From NCBI GenBank assembly GCA_040767965.1, contig JAXGNR010000004.1, positions 224,001 to 288,000 of the forward strand: a DNA stretch of 64,000 nt, in the 5' to 3' direction. The position numbers were made by a program, and so were the translations under genes. The DNA is from Atribacterota bacterium (lineage in GTDB: Bacteria; Atribacterota; Phoenicimicrobiia; Phoenicimicrobiales; Stramentimicrobiaceae). This document shows, one piece after another, positions 1-10,913 of the stretch. Below the pieces are notes generated by a model, which did no database searches, was not told where the DNA came from, and saw only the letters and a program-made list of their open reading frames with translations. The first letter of the stretch is position 1, and each line of letters begins with the position of its first letter.

Positions 1-630
1 GATTTCAGTACTGCTATAGTCATAATGGGATGTTCTTTTATAATGCTATTTATAGGTGGAAGCAAAATTACTCAATTATCTGCTTTAATTCTATTAATTA
101 TTCCTCCAGGTCTCCTTATGGCTTTGGGAAAAGAGTATAGACGGGTGAGGTTGCTTTCATTTTTAAATCCCTGGCAAGATCCCTTAAATAGCGGGTTTCA
201 CATAATCCAATCATTGCTTGCGCTGGGTAGTGGAGGTCTTACCGGTGTAGGGATTGCTGAAAGCAGGCAAAAATATTTTTATCTTCCAGATCAGCATACA
301 GATTTTATTTTTTCTATTATTGGGGAAGAGTTAGGTTTTATTGGAGCTGCATGTGTAATATTGCTCTTTATTATTTTTTTGTGGAGAGGATTTCGTATTT
401 CCTTAAATGCCAGGGATAACTTTGGATTGTTATTAGCCGCAGGCATAACTTCTATGATAGTATTCCAGGCAGTGGTTAATATCAGTGTTGTTACTAAGAT
501 AATCCCCACTACCGGAATTACATTGCCTTTTATAAGTTATGGAGGCTCATCTTTAATTGTTAACATGTTTAGTAGTGGAATTATTTTAAATATTTCTAAA
601 TATACTGTTCAAAAAAATGGAGCTTGGTAA
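1..630 (+). CDS. ftsW: FtsW/RodA SEDS family peptidoglycan polymerase (5' partial)
   Basis: Motifs LPDQHTDFIFSIIGEELG and TGITLPFISYGGSS; directly upstream of murG; frame is open from position 1. Confidence 0.95.
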   Translation, partial: DFSTAIVIMGCSFIMLFIGGSKITQLSALILLIIPPGLLMALGKEYRRVRLLSFLNPWQDPLNSGFHIIQSLLALGSGGLTGVGIAESRQKYFYLPDQHTDFIFSIIGEELGFIGAACVILLFIIFLWRGFRISLNARDNFGLLLAAGITSMIVFQAVVNISVVTKIIPTTGITLPFISYGGSSLIVNMFSSGIILNISKYTVQKNGAW

Positions 631-1748
631 ATCTGATGAGAATTATTATAACTGGAGGTGGCACTGGCGGACATATTTATCCTGGTATAAGTCTGGCAAG
701 GCAATTTCAAAAAGAAAATCAGGGGAATGAAATATTTTTTGTTGGAACAGAGACCGGAATGGAAGCAGATATAATTCCCAGAGAAGGATTTAATTTTTTT
801 TCTTTAAAAGTAAAAGGATTTAAAAGAGAAATATGTTTTGAAAATATTTCAGCATTTTTTCTTTTTTTAGGGTCTATTTTTAGTTCGGTTAAATTAATTA
901 AAAAAATAAAACCTGATTTAGTTATTGGTACAGGAGGATATGTTAGCGGATCGATTTCTTTAGTATCAGCAATGCTGGGAGTTCCCACTTTTATCCATGA
1001 ACAAAATGCCTTACCGGGTATAACGAATAAAGCGTTATCGTTTTTCAGCAAAATAGTCTTTGCTAGTTTTCCGGAATCAGAGAAATATTTTTGGAAGAAG
1101 ACAAATATTATGTGTTTAGGAAATCCGGTAAGAGAGAACATCTGGCATGGGAATAGAGAAAAGTTAACTGATCTGGGAAAAATAAGTATAGATAAAAAAA
1201 CAATTCTTGTTTTTGGAGGAAGTAAAGGTGCAAATGCTATCAACCAGGCATTTATTGATTGCCTGAATTTGATAGACAAGGTATTATTTGCTAAATGGCA
1301 GATCTTGTTAATAAGCGGGAAAGAGGATTATGAAAATATGCAGCTAAAAATTAACAATTCCAAATATCATGACTATGTTTACATTGTACCATATCTATAT
1401 AATATAGAAGATGGTTATAACCTGGCTGATTTAGTAATTTGCAGATCTGGAGCAACAACAGTAGCTGAGCTTACAGCCTGTGGATTGCCTTCCATTTTAA
1501 TACCATACCCATATGCTACTGGCAACCATCAAATGCACAATGCTCAATACCTGGAGAAACAGCAAGCAGCAACAATAATTCCACAACAAGAATTATCAGC
1601 AAAAAGACTTGCAAGTGAATTAATGAAATTTTTAGCAAATGATGATTTTCTAAATACTATGTCTCAGTACAGTAAAAAAATAGGCAACAGAACAGCTGCC
1701 AATGACATAGTAAAAGCGATTTATGCTAGTTTAAAAAAAGAAAGATAA
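624..1748 (+). CDS. murG: Undecaprenyl-PP-MurNAc-pentapeptide GlcNAc transferase
   Basis: GGGTGGHIYPG, HEQNALPG, GGSKGA and RSGATTVAE motifs; dcw context. Confidence 0.97.
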   Translation: MVNLMRIIITGGGTGGHIYPGISLARQFQKENQGNEIFFVGTETGMEADIIPREGFNFFSLKVKGFKREICFENISAFFLFLGSIFSSVKLIKKIKPDLVIGTGGYVSGSISLVSAMLGVPTFIHEQNALPGITNKALSFFSKIVFASFPESEKYFWKKTNIMCLGNPVRENIWHGNREKLTDLGKISIDKKTILVFGGSKGANAINQAFIDCLNLIDKVLFAKWQILLISGKEDYENMQLKINNSKYHDYVYIVPYLYNIEDGYNLADLVICRSGATTVAELTACGLPSILIPYPYATGNHQMHNAQYLEKQQAATIIPQQELSAKRLASELMKFLANDDFLNTMSQYSKKIGNRTAANDIVKAIYASLKKER

Positions 1749-1763
1749 TCTTTTTTTAAACTA
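1727..1763. terminator. Perfect 15-bp AT-rich hairpin overlapping the murG stop
   Basis: TAGTTTAAAAAAAGA-7 nt-TCTTTTTTTAAACTA. Confidence 0.45.
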
Positions 1764-1838
1764 TTTTAATAATGAAAAAAATAAGGTAAACTATTATGGT
1801 AAGGAGTAGGTGCCTTATTAAAAAAGAAAGGCGAATCT

Positions 1839-3239
1839 ATGAATATAGAAGAAAAACGTATTCATTTTATCGGAATCGGTGGAACGGGAATGAGCGGTAT
1901 CGCCTCAATTCTACTTGATTTAGGGTATAAAATAAGCGGATCTGATTTACAAAGCACAATTGTTACAAAGAGACTGATAAACAAAGGCGCTCTGATATAT
2001 AAAGGGCATGACGGAAGCCATATAAACGGGGCCAATCTAGTGGTAATATCTTCTGCCATTAAAGAAGAAAATAAAGAAATAATAGCAGCTAGAAAAAATA
2101 AGATTGAAATAATCCCTCGAGCCGAAATGCTTTCCAGAATTATGCTGCAAAAATATCGAATTGCAGTCTCAGGAACTCACGGTAAAACAACCACAACCTC
2201 TATGATAAGTTTGATACTTGAGCGAATGAACCTTGACCCAACAATTGCCATTGGTGGAGAAGTTAATGATATTGGGGGAAATGCCAAATTGGGCAAGGGT
2301 GATCATGTGGTGGTAGAGGCAGATGAAAGTGATGGATCTTTTTTGCTGCTTAACCCTAATATTGCCGTTGTTACAAATATTGAAAATGACCATCTGGATT
2401 ATTTTACCAGTTTAGAAAAAACAATTTCCAGTTTTCAGAAATTTATTGACAAAGTTCCTGATGATGGCTCTATTATTTTCGGATATGACTGTCCCAATGC
2501 CTTGCAGCTGATTAAGAAACAAGTTTCCAGAAAAAGAATTATTTCCTTTGGTTTTCATAAAAATGCTGATGTTAGAGCTGAAAATGTAAGTTTAATAGAA
2601 AACTCTTCTATTTCTAATATCTATTCTGGTAATAAAAAAATAGGAGAACTAAAGCTGAATATTCCCGGATACCATAATATTTCAAATGCTTTAGCTGCTA
2701 TCGCAACTTCAATGGAGCTGGGAATCAAGTTTGAAGATATTGCAAATATATTGTTTTGCTTTAAAGGAGTTAAGCGCCGACAAGAATTTGTTGCTGATTA
2801 TAAGGATACACTCCTGATTATCGATGACTATGGTCATCATCCTTCAGAAATTAAAGCAACTTTAAAAGCTATTAATAAAGGTTGGCCAAACCGCAGAATA
2901 ATAACTGTATTTCAACCACATCGTTATAGCAGAACTAAATTTTTACTGGAACAATTTGCCAATGCCTTTGAAGACTCTGATATGGTTATTATTAACGACA
3001 TCTATGCTGCAAATGAAAAACCAATTCCTGGAATTTCTGCAGAACTGGTATATGAAAAAGTGAAAGAGGCAAAAAGGAAAGACGTTTTTTATTTGTCTGG
3101 CAGAAAGGAAACCAATGCCTTTCTTTCTGAAAATATCCAGAAAGGTGATATAGTAATAACAATGGGGGCCGGGGACGTCTGGAAAATAGGAAAGGACCTG
3201 GCAAAAGAAAAAAGAAATATCAAAATAAAACAGGTATGA
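1839..3239 (+). CDS. murC: UDP-N-acetylmuramate--L-alanine ligase
   Basis: HFIGIGGTGMSG, GTHGKTTTT, EADESD, DDYGHHPSE, FQPHRYSRT. Confidence 0.97.
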   Translation: MNIEEKRIHFIGIGGTGMSGIASILLDLGYKISGSDLQSTIVTKRLINKGALIYKGHDGSHINGANLVVISSAIKEENKEIIAARKNKIEIIPRAEMLSRIMLQKYRIAVSGTHGKTTTTSMISLILERMNLDPTIAIGGEVNDIGGNAKLGKGDHVVVEADESDGSFLLLNPNIAVVTNIENDHLDYFTSLEKTISSFQKFIDKVPDDGSIIFGYDCPNALQLIKKQVSRKRIISFGFHKNADVRAENVSLIENSSISNIYSGNKKIGELKLNIPGYHNISNALAAIATSMELGIKFEDIANILFCFKGVKRRQEFVADYKDTLLIIDDYGHHPSEIKATLKAINKGWPNRRIITVFQPHRYSRTKFLLEQFANAFEDSDMVIINDIYAANEKPIPGISAELVYEKVKEAKRKDVFYLSGRKETNAFLSENIQKGDIVITMGAGDVWKIGKDLAKEKRNIKIKQV

Positions 3240-3246
3240 AGGGTAA

Positions 3247-4161
3247 ATGCTTGATAAGAGATTAATTTGGGAAGAAATAAAGAAGCATAATTTAGGAAAT
3301 GACATTCATAAGGATGAGTTATTAAAATATCATACATCCTGGAAAATTGGAGGTTTTGCTGACTTTTTTTCTGTTCCACAAAACTTAGAAACACTGAAAA
3401 ATATTATAACATTTTCCATAGAACATGAATTGCCTGTTTATATTATTGGTAATGGCTCTAATATTTTAGTTCCTGATGATGGGATTCGGGGTCTAGTTTT
3501 AAAAATATCCGGTACTCTCGACAAAATAGAATATTCTGGTAAAATGATGAAAACAGGGGCCGGCGTACTCTTGCCTTCACTGGTAAGAAAAACAGTACAA
3601 AGTGAATTAAGCGGCCTAGAATTTGCTGCACATATACCGGGAACTTTAGGAGGAGCCCTCTCTAATAATGCCAGCTTTGGCTCAAAGTCTATTTCAGATA
3701 TTGTTCATAAAATAGTCATTCTGGATTTTCAAGGGAACATTAAAGAAATAGAGAAAGCACAATGTAATTTTTTTTACAGAGGGCTTGATATAGGGCTAGA
3801 TAGATATGTTATCTTAACAGCTTATTTGCTTATGCAGCAAGATAATAAAGATAACATAATAGCTAAGATCAAAGAAGTTTATGATAAAAGAAAAAAAACA
3901 CAGCCTACTGAATATTTAACAGCAGGATGTATCTTCAAAAATTCTTCCTACAGCCCTGCTGGTTATTTAATTGAAAAATCAGGGGCGAAAGGCCTGATAA
4001 TCGGCGACGCCCAGGTATCTGAAAAGCATGCTAATTTTATTATTAATAAAGGCAATGCAAGCAGCAAAGATATATTGTTATTAATAGAGGCTATAGAAAA
4101 AAAAGTTAAAAAAGAGTTTGGAATTACTCTGGAACGCGAAATAGAATTTATTGGTTTTTAA
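3247..4161 (+). CDS. murB: UDP-N-acetylenolpyruvoylglucosamine reductase
   Basis: IGNGSNIL, IPGTLGG, AGCIFKN, SEKHANFIIN. Confidence 0.96.
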   Translation: MLDKRLIWEEIKKHNLGNDIHKDELLKYHTSWKIGGFADFFSVPQNLETLKNIITFSIEHELPVYIIGNGSNILVPDDGIRGLVLKISGTLDKIEYSGKMMKTGAGVLLPSLVRKTVQSELSGLEFAAHIPGTLGGALSNNASFGSKSISDIVHKIVILDFQGNIKEIEKAQCNFFYRGLDIGLDRYVILTAYLLMQQDNKDNIIAKIKEVYDKRKKTQPTEYLTAGCIFKNSSYSPAGYLIEKSGAKGLIIGDAQVSEKHANFIINKGNASSKDILLLIEAIEKKVKKEFGITLEREIEFIGF

Positions 4162-4243
4162 AAACAGATGATGATATGAAATTTAGAGCTTACCAGAAAG
4201 TTTCGAACTATAATATTAAGTTTAGACAAGAGGGTTTGCCGGT

Positions 4244-5041
4244 ATAAGATATCAGGATTCAGATGAATTTGAAGAAATCTCATCAATAGATGAACAAGAA
4301 AATAGCGGGAAAATAAATTTTTTTAAAGTTCTTTTTTATTATATTACAATTGGATTTGTGGGTTGGGCATTTTTTAGCTTTATCTTTACATCTGCCTGGT
4401 TTAATATAAAAAGCGTAGAAATTGACGGAAATAGCTATCTTAGCAGTAATAGTATTATAAAATATGGTGAAATTGATTTTAATACTAATATTTTTCATTT
4501 TAATATCAAAAAAGCAAATCAAAATTTACTTTCTAACCCTTGGATAAAAGAAGTTAATATCAGAAAAAAATTACCAAATAAACTGGAGATAGCTTTAATA
4601 GAAAGAAAACCTGCTAATATTGTAATATATAATGATCTTTTTTACCTGATTAGTCAGGAAGGGATTATTTTATCAATATTAGAAAATTATAATAATGAAT
4701 TAGGATTATACATTATAAGTGGTCTGAACCTGGAATATAAAAAAGAAGGGGAATCAATTTTTGGCTCATTATACCAGGAAATTCAAAATATTATTTATGC
4801 CCTGGACAATGTTTTCCCAAAACAGTTTTATAAAATAAAAATGGTGGCAGAAGATGAATTTCTTTTGTATCATAGAATAAGTGAGATTATTGTCAGGATT
4901 GAAAATGGAGACAGGCTAATTAACGAGTGGTATCTATTGGAGAGGGCGCTTCAAAGAGTAATACAGGAAAAAATCCCGATAGAAGAAATCAACATGAAAT
5001 ACAGGGATAGGCTGTCAATTATTTTAAAAGAAGAATTATAA
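4244..5041 (+). CDS. ftsQ: Cell division protein FtsQ/DivIB (POTRA); start uncertain (possibly ATA at 4244)
   Basis: TM segment followed by FNIKSVEIDGN...PWIKEVNIRKKLPNKLEI..ERKP; between murB and ftsA; the GTG at 4358 falls inside the TM, and the frame is open from 4226. Confidence 0.85.
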   Translation: MRYQDSDEFEEISSIDEQENSGKINFFKVLFYYITIGFVGWAFFSFIFTSAWFNIKSVEIDGNSYLSSNSIIKYGEIDFNTNIFHFNIKKANQNLLSNPWIKEVNIRKKLPNKLEIALIERKPANIVIYNDLFYLISQEGIILSILENYNNELGLYIISGLNLEYKKEGESIFGSLYQEIQNIIYALDNVFPKQFYKIKMVAEDEFLLYHRISEIIVRIENGDRLINEWYLLERALQRVIQEKIPIEEINMKYRDRLSIILKEEL

Positions 5042-5115
5042 GATATATAAATTGGATAATGTTCTTGATAATTATCTGAAATTTATTGCATGATTAGACA
5101 TGCAGGAGGTTGTTT

Positions 5116-6348
5116 ATGAGAGGTGAGATACTAGTAGCCGGTTTAGACATTGGAACAAACAACACTAACACTTTAATTGCGGAGGTGGGTGATGATAACC
5201 TGGTTGAAATCGTCGGTGTTGGCTCTGTTCCATCAAAGGGTGTTAAAAGAGGTGTTATTATTGACTTAGACCAGGCAGCAGAAGCCGTAAAAGAATCAAT
5301 TAGCAATGCTGAAAGAATGGCTGGAGCAAAGATTGAATCTGCCGTAGTGGCAATAAATGGAAGCCATATTTCTTCTTTTAATAGCCAGGGAGTGGTAGCA
5401 ATATCAAAGGAGCATCCTGAAATAGAAGAAGAAGATATAGAAAAGGTAATAGAGGCAGCCAAGGCAGGTGTTATTTCTCCTGAAAGAGAACTAATCCATA
5501 TACTTCCAAGAGAATTTATTCTGGACGGACAAAAGGGCATTCAGGATCCCTTGGGAATGGTTGGTTCGAGACTGGAAGGGAAGGTACACATTATTACCGG
5601 TTCTGTTACTGCTGTTAAAAATTTATTAAAATGTATGGAAATGGTTAATATAGATGTAGATGAATTAATTTTTGGCAATTTGGCTTCCAGTAATGCTATT
5701 TTGACTAAAACAGAAAAAGAATTAGGTGTTTTGCTTGTGGATATCGGGGCTGGTTCAGCTGATATTTCTGTTTTCATCAATAACAATATGGCTTATTCTT
5801 CTGTACTGCCTTTAGGCGGTATGCAAATAACAAATGATCTTGCTATTGGCTTAAAATCTTCAATTGAAGAATCTGAAATTATTAAGATAAAATATGGCAG
5901 TGTTATCGGAAAATATATTTCTCCTGATGATTTTATAGAAATGTCCAAAGCAAATGGACAGGGGAAAATTACGGTTCCCAAAAAATATTTAGTTGATATT
6001 ATTGAGCCTAGAGTACAAGAAATATTTAATATGATTAAAGATGATTTAGAAAGGGCTAATTATTATAATGCCATTACCCAGGGTGTTGTTTTAACAGGGG
6101 GTACTGCTTTATTACCGGGAATTGCTGAGTTGTCGGAAAAAGTATTTGGGAAGAATGCCCACATTGGAAAACCTAATTATAAAGGAGAACTAGGCGATCT
6201 TATTAATGAACCCAGGTTTTCTACTGTAGTTGGACTGATTGATATTGCAATTGAGCAAGAAAGCTTATACAGCTCTCAAAGATCAAAAAGAAATAAGAAT
6301 GCTACATTCTTTTCTAAGTTAACAAGCTGGATGCGAGATTTTTTTTAA
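5116..6348 (+). CDS. ftsA: Cell division protein FtsA
   Basis: GLDIGT, VLLVDIGAG, ITNDLA, VVLTGG; GGAGG RBS before ATG 5116. Confidence 0.97.
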   Translation: MRGEILVAGLDIGTNNTNTLIAEVGDDNLVEIVGVGSVPSKGVKRGVIIDLDQAAEAVKESISNAERMAGAKIESAVVAINGSHISSFNSQGVVAISKEHPEIEEEDIEKVIEAAKAGVISPERELIHILPREFILDGQKGIQDPLGMVGSRLEGKVHIITGSVTAVKNLLKCMEMVNIDVDELIFGNLASSNAILTKTEKELGVLLVDIGAGSADISVFINNNMAYSSVLPLGGMQITNDLAIGLKSSIEESEIIKIKYGSVIGKYISPDDFIEMSKANGQGKITVPKKYLVDIIEPRVQEIFNMIKDDLERANYYNAITQGVVLTGGTALLPGIAELSEKVFGKNAHIGKPNYKGELGDLINEPRFSTVVGLIDIAIEQESLYSSQRSKRNKNATFFSKLTSWMRDFF

Positions 6349-6418
6349 AATAATAAGAAAAAAATATAAGATTAATAATCAAAGAATAATTTCCCAATAA
6401 TTGGAAGGAGGGTTAATT

Positions 6419-7540
6419 TTGAAGAATACACCAGAAAGACCTGGTTCGTTTGTTGATATAAAAGTGATAGGAGTTGGCGGCGGGGGTGGCAATGCGGTAA
6501 ATCGGATGATAGAAGAAAATATTAATGGTGTTCGTTATATTTCTGCCAACACCGATGCGCAGGTGTTGACTTTATCCAATGCTGAGCAAAAAATACAAAT
6601 AGGAAGCAGAATAACAATGGGTTTAGGGAGTGGCTCAAATCCTGAAATTGGTAAAAAAGCCGCCGAAGAAGATAAGGACAAGATCAGCAAAGCGTTAGAA
6701 GGAGCTGATATGGTGTTTATAACTGCAGGTATGGGCGGTGGAACAGGAACCGGAGGAAGTCCTGTTATAGCCCAGATTTCAAAAGAGTTGGGTGCTTTAA
6801 CAGTTGGAGTAGTTACAAAACCATTTACTTTTGAAGGTATTAAAAGAAGAAAACAGGCTGAAGAAGGAATCAATAGGTTAAAAGAATATGTAGATACTTT
6901 AATTGTAATTCCCAATGATCGCCTGCTGCAGGTTATCGCTGAAGATACACCAGTCTTAGAAGCGTTCAAGGTAGCTGATGAGCTTTTACTGCATGGGATT
7001 AAAGGAATATCAGAGATCGTTGTTCAGGCAGGATTGATAAATGTTGATTTTGCTGATGTAAAAATGATCATGGAAGACGCAGGTACTGCTATTATGGGAA
7101 TAGGCAGAGCCAGTGGTGAAAATCGTGCTGTTGAGGCAGCTCATAATGCTGTCAACAGTGCTCTTTTAGGGACCAAGATTACAGATGCCAAAGGAATACT
7201 ATTTAATATCTCTGGCGGAAAAAATATGACTTTATTTGAAGTAAATAAAGCTGCTGAAATTGTCCAGGAGGCAGCAAATGAAGATGCTAATATTATCTTT
7301 GGAGCGGTAATTAATGAGTCTTTGGGAGAGGATATCCGGATAACAGTTATCGCAAAAGGTTTTGATGAAAAAAATCCTGAAGAAAAAGAAAGAGAACAAA
7401 TAAAAGAAAGAATCATGGAAACAAAAAAAGAGGAATATGTGGAAACTAAAAAAGAAAACAATTATGAAATTCCCGTTGCCAACAATGACTATAATTACAA
7501 TGATTTAGAAATCCCAACTTTTTTACGGAAAAATAGATAA
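6419..7540 (+). CDS. ftsZ: Cell division protein FtsZ
   Basis: [19 protein letters not shown] tubulin signature, C-terminal LEIPTFLR peptide; TTG start after GGAGG. Confidence 0.98.
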   Translation: MKNTPERPGSFVDIKVIGVGGGGGNAVNRMIEENINGVRYISANTDAQVLTLSNAEQKIQIGSRITMGLGSGSNPEIGKKAAEEDKDKISKALEGADMVFITAGMGGGTGTGGSPVIAQISKELGALTVGVVTKPFTFEGIKRRKQAEEGINRLKEYVDTLIVIPNDRLLQVIAEDTPVLEAFKVADELLLHGIKGISEIVVQAGLINVDFADVKMIMEDAGTAIMGIGRASGENRAVEAAHNAVNSALLGTKITDAKGILFNISGGKNMTLFEVNKAAEIVQEAANEDANIIFGAVINESLGEDIRITVIAKGFDEKNPEEKEREQIKERIMETKKEEYVETKKENNYEIPVANNDYNYNDLEIPTFLRKNR

Positions 7541-7571
7541 GATATTTAATCTTTAAATAAAATATATTTTA

Positions 7572-7636
7572 AAATAAAAAATATAGGCTGTTCATTTAAG
7601 TTAATGATATGCCTATATTTTTTATTTAAAGATTAA
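7572..7636. terminator. Bidirectional terminator-like hairpin between convergent ftsZ and the island
   Basis: AAATAAAAAATATAGGC...GCCTATATTTTTTATTT inverted repeat; the right arm also matches TTAATCTTTAAATAAAA starting at ~7546. Confidence 0.65.
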
Positions 7637-7679
7637 GAAAATTAATATTTAGAAAATATTAGTAAAAACCAATATTATA

Positions 7680-8798
7680 TTATATTTTTTTTGCAATTTC
7701 CTTAGCAACATCCAATGTGCTTGCATTACCACCTAAATCATATGTCTTTATTTTTGCTTCTTGAACAACCTCAACAATAGCGTTATGTAATTTTTTTGAT
7801 AGTTGGTTTTCATTTAAATATTCTAACATTAAAACTACTGCTGACAACATTGCTATAGGGTTTGCTTTATATAAACCAGCATATTTAGGAGCAGAGCCAT
7901 GGATTGGTTCAAAAACAGCATAATTATCACCGATATTTGCGCTAACACCAAATCCTAATCCACCTACAAGCTGTGCTGATAAATCTGAAAGAATATCTCC
8001 AAACAAATTAGTGGTAACTAATACACTATAATTTTGAGGATTTTTTATTAACCACATAAGCATAGCGTCAATATTTGTATCCTGTAATTCTATTTCAGGA
8101 TACTCTTGAGCAATTTTACGAGCCTCCCTTAACATAATTCCACTAGTTTCTCTCAATACATTTGCCTTTTCAACTATAGTAACGGTTTTCTTTTTATTTT
8201 TTTTAGCATATTCAAATCCCTGCCTAATAATTGAATCTGAGGCTTTTTTTGTAATCAGCCTACATGATAAAGCAATATCATTAGAGGGGACATCTTTAAA
8301 TCTTTCCATTTTTGGATTATATTTAATTAAAACTTCTCTTAATTCTCCAGGTAGCGGGTAATATTCTATACCACTATATAATCCCTCAGTATTTTCTCGA
8401 AAGATTACCAAGTCAATATCATCTCTATAATTAAGAGGGTTGCCTTTTATGGATTTGCATGGCCTAAAATTGGTATGAAGGTTTAGTTTTTGTCTTAATG
8501 ATATAATAGGACTATAATATATATATCCTTTGCCTTTTAATTCCGGATTTAATTCAAGATCTGCCTCTTCTTTTGGTTTGGAGGTTATAGCCCCAAATAA
8601 ACAACAGTCAGTTTCTTGTAAGATTTTTATAGTTCTATCAGGAAGGGGATTTCCTTCTTTTTTCCAAAATTCCCAACCCACATCTCCATTCACATATTCG
8701 GCATCGAGTTTTATTTTGTCAAGAACTATTCTAGCTGCTTCCATTACGTCAATTCCTATTCCATCACCAGGCAACCAGGCAATTTTATATTTTGTCAT
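7680..8798 (-). CDS. Isocitrate/isopropylmalate/tartrate dehydrogenase family beta-decarboxylating dehydrogenase
   Basis: LPGDGIG, RENTEGLY, KANV, NLFGDILSDL, EPIHGSAP. Confidence 0.92.
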   Translation of the reverse strand: MTKYKIAWLPGDGIGIDVMEAARIVLDKIKLDAEYVNGDVGWEFWKKEGNPLPDRTIKILQETDCCLFGAITSKPKEEADLELNPELKGKGYIYYSPIISLRQKLNLHTNFRPCKSIKGNPLNYRDDIDLVIFRENTEGLYSGIEYYPLPGELREVLIKYNPKMERFKDVPSNDIALSCRLITKKASDSIIRQGFEYAKKNKKKTVTIVEKANVLRETSGIMLREARKIAQEYPEIELQDTNIDAMLMWLIKNPQNYSVLVTTNLFGDILSDLSAQLVGGLGFGVSANIGDNYAVFEPIHGSAPKYAGLYKANPIAMLSAVVLMLEYLNENQLSKKLHNAIVEVVQEAKIKTYDLGGNASTLDVAKEIAKKI

Positions 8799-8838
8799 TA
8801 TTTATACTCCTTATAAATTTTACATAGATAATTTTCTT

Positions 8839-9336
8839 TTAATGTTGATTGTTAACAAAAAGGTCAATATCTTTAGTGTTTTCAGCATAATCAGCATAGA
8901 ATATATTTTCTTCAATAATAGCCAAAGCTACCACCAACTTAATGCCAGTAAGGGTATCTTTTGTTAAATGCCCTCCGAAACTATGAATCTGTTCTCCATC
9001 AACAGTTGAAGCTGAAAAGTGAGCATGTACTGCTGGTACATTGTCTTTTTTTCTGGTAATCCATCCAGCTAGAGAAAGTAATTCTAATGGTTTGTTGATT
9101 TCGTAATAAATTCGATCAGTTGTTTTTACAGGATATTCTTCAGGAAACCATTTTAGATTCCTGCATACTGCTTTACTTAAGGCACCAATGCCGGATATTA
9201 TAATAGCTGAATTGATTTTTTGCTCTATAGCAATTTGGGTTATTGCATCCAAAAGACTCACATTTTCTTTTATTCGAAATTGAATTATTTCTTTTATTTT
9301 GCTTCTACCAATACAATCAAAAGTTTCACTATCCAT
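8839..9336 (-). CDS. PPC-domain (DUF296) protein
   Basis: SGIGAL, ELLSLAG, VHAHFS, GGHL. Confidence 0.85.
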   Translation of the reverse strand: MDSETFDCIGRSKIKEIIQFRIKENVSLLDAITQIAIEQKINSAIIISGIGALSKAVCRNLKWFPEEYPVKTTDRIYYEINKPLELLSLAGWITRKKDNVPAVHAHFSASTVDGEQIHSFGGHLTKDTLTGIKLVVALAIIEENIFYADYAENTKDIDLFVNNQH

Positions 9337-9476
9337 ATTCTCACCTTATTTACCTTTCTAATTTTAAAAAAATTTTATTTAACTAATAATTTAACTAATA
9401 TTAATTTAAAGATGATTGAAAGTAAGATAATAAAAATTATAATTCCATAAATTACAATCAAAATTTAATATATTTT

Positions 9477-10739
9477 TTATGATAAAATTGGCAAAATATC
9501 ATTCGCAAAAGGAACTATATAATAATCTTTATTATTTGGATTATCATTTACAGCTATTTTATAAGCTTTTTCAATAGAATTACAATGTTCAACAAATATT
9601 TCTTTTAATTTATCTTTTTTAAGTTTATCTGAAACAATTATAATTTTATGTTTGATTAATCCTCTTGCAAACATGAAAGCTTTTCCAGAAGCTTCACCTG
9701 TATAACCTTCTTTTTTGAATCTTTCTATAACATCTTTTGGATTTACAGCTTCAATCAACCATTTTGAAAACTTGCTCATTCCATCTCTGCATTCCGAAAC
9801 AAGAATTATTGTTCCACCAGGTTTAGTTATAAGTTCTCCGCAAGACAAAGCCTTTTGAGATTGATGTAAATCAATATCTCTGGGATATCCACCAGGGCTA
9901 ACAATACTGATATCAGCAAGCTGTTTTACTGGTGTTTTCCATAGCTCTTTTGAAATTTTAACACCTTCAAGGTGTGCTTGATTCAAACTCCCTGCAACAG
10001 CTGATACGATTTCATGTTTATTATTTAATATAACATTCAATATAAAATCTACCCCAACTTTTTCAGCAGCTTTTAATGATTCAGTATGAAATGAATTATT
10101 CTCAATTTTCCCCAACATTATATCATATGGCCTAATTGGAAATGAGTGGTGAACTTCTAATGATTTTATTCCTGCTATGCCTGGCATTATACTTTTCCGA
10201 CCTCCACTAAATCCGGCAATATGATGCGGAGTAATCACCCCAGTTATAATTTTTAAATCTGAATTCGCCACTACATTATTTATCCATATTGGCAAATTAG
10301 AATCTGTTTTCCCCAAATATTTTAGATTATTTTCATCAAAACAATTATGATTGATAACCTTATATCTTTTTAATATGTCTTTTCCAACCATACTTTCTAA
10401 CTCTTTAAATGTATTAGCACGATGATTACCAGTAGCAACTATAATGTTTATATTTTTATTATCAATATCAGCTGCTTCAATTTTTGGTAATAGGGTTTCT
10501 AGCATTTTTTTTGATGGAGAAGGTCGGGTAATATCACTTATAATAATACTAACGGTTTTTTTATTTTTTGCTATTTCTTCTAATTGTATTGTTCCTATTG
10601 GATTATCAACAGCATTTTTCAAAATGTTATAACTTTTGTCTGGAGTAATATTTTTTTTATTCTCAATAATCCCTAAAAAATTATTATTCGGAAGAATAAA
10701 GTCCTTAAATCCATTTCCATATGGAATTGTAAATTTCAT
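9477..10739 (-). CDS. LarA-family nickel-pincer-dependent alpha-hydroxyacid racemase/epimerase
   Basis: DITRP, ATGNHR, AGFSGGRKSIMPG, GGYPRDIDLHQSQKAL. Confidence 0.9.
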   Translation of the reverse strand: MKFTIPYGNGFKDFILPNNNFLGIIENKKNITPDKSYNILKNAVDNPIGTIQLEEIAKNKKTVSIIISDITRPSPSKKMLETLLPKIEAADIDNKNINIIVATGNHRANTFKELESMVGKDILKRYKVINHNCFDENNLKYLGKTDSNLPIWINNVVANSDLKIITGVITPHHIAGFSGGRKSIMPGIAGIKSLEVHHSFPIRPYDIMLGKIENNSFHTESLKAAEKVGVDFILNVILNNKHEIVSAVAGSLNQAHLEGVKISKELWKTPVKQLADISIVSPGGYPRDIDLHQSQKALSCGELITKPGGTIILVSECRDGMSKFSKWLIEAVNPKDVIERFKKEGYTGEASGKAFMFARGLIKHKIIIVSDKLKKDKLKEIFVEHCNSIEKAYKIAVNDNPNNKDYYIVPFANDILPILS

Positions 10740-10913
10740 TTTTCCCTCATTTCTTTTATTGTGTTTAATAATAATTCAATAAGTGAATATAATAAACAGC
10801 CTTTTGTTCAATGAGATCCAAAAATTTAACTGAATTTTTGGATAAGATAGAATTTATTTTAAATAATTTATAAAGATTTGAAAATTTTAAACAAAGATGT
10901 TATATTATAAACA

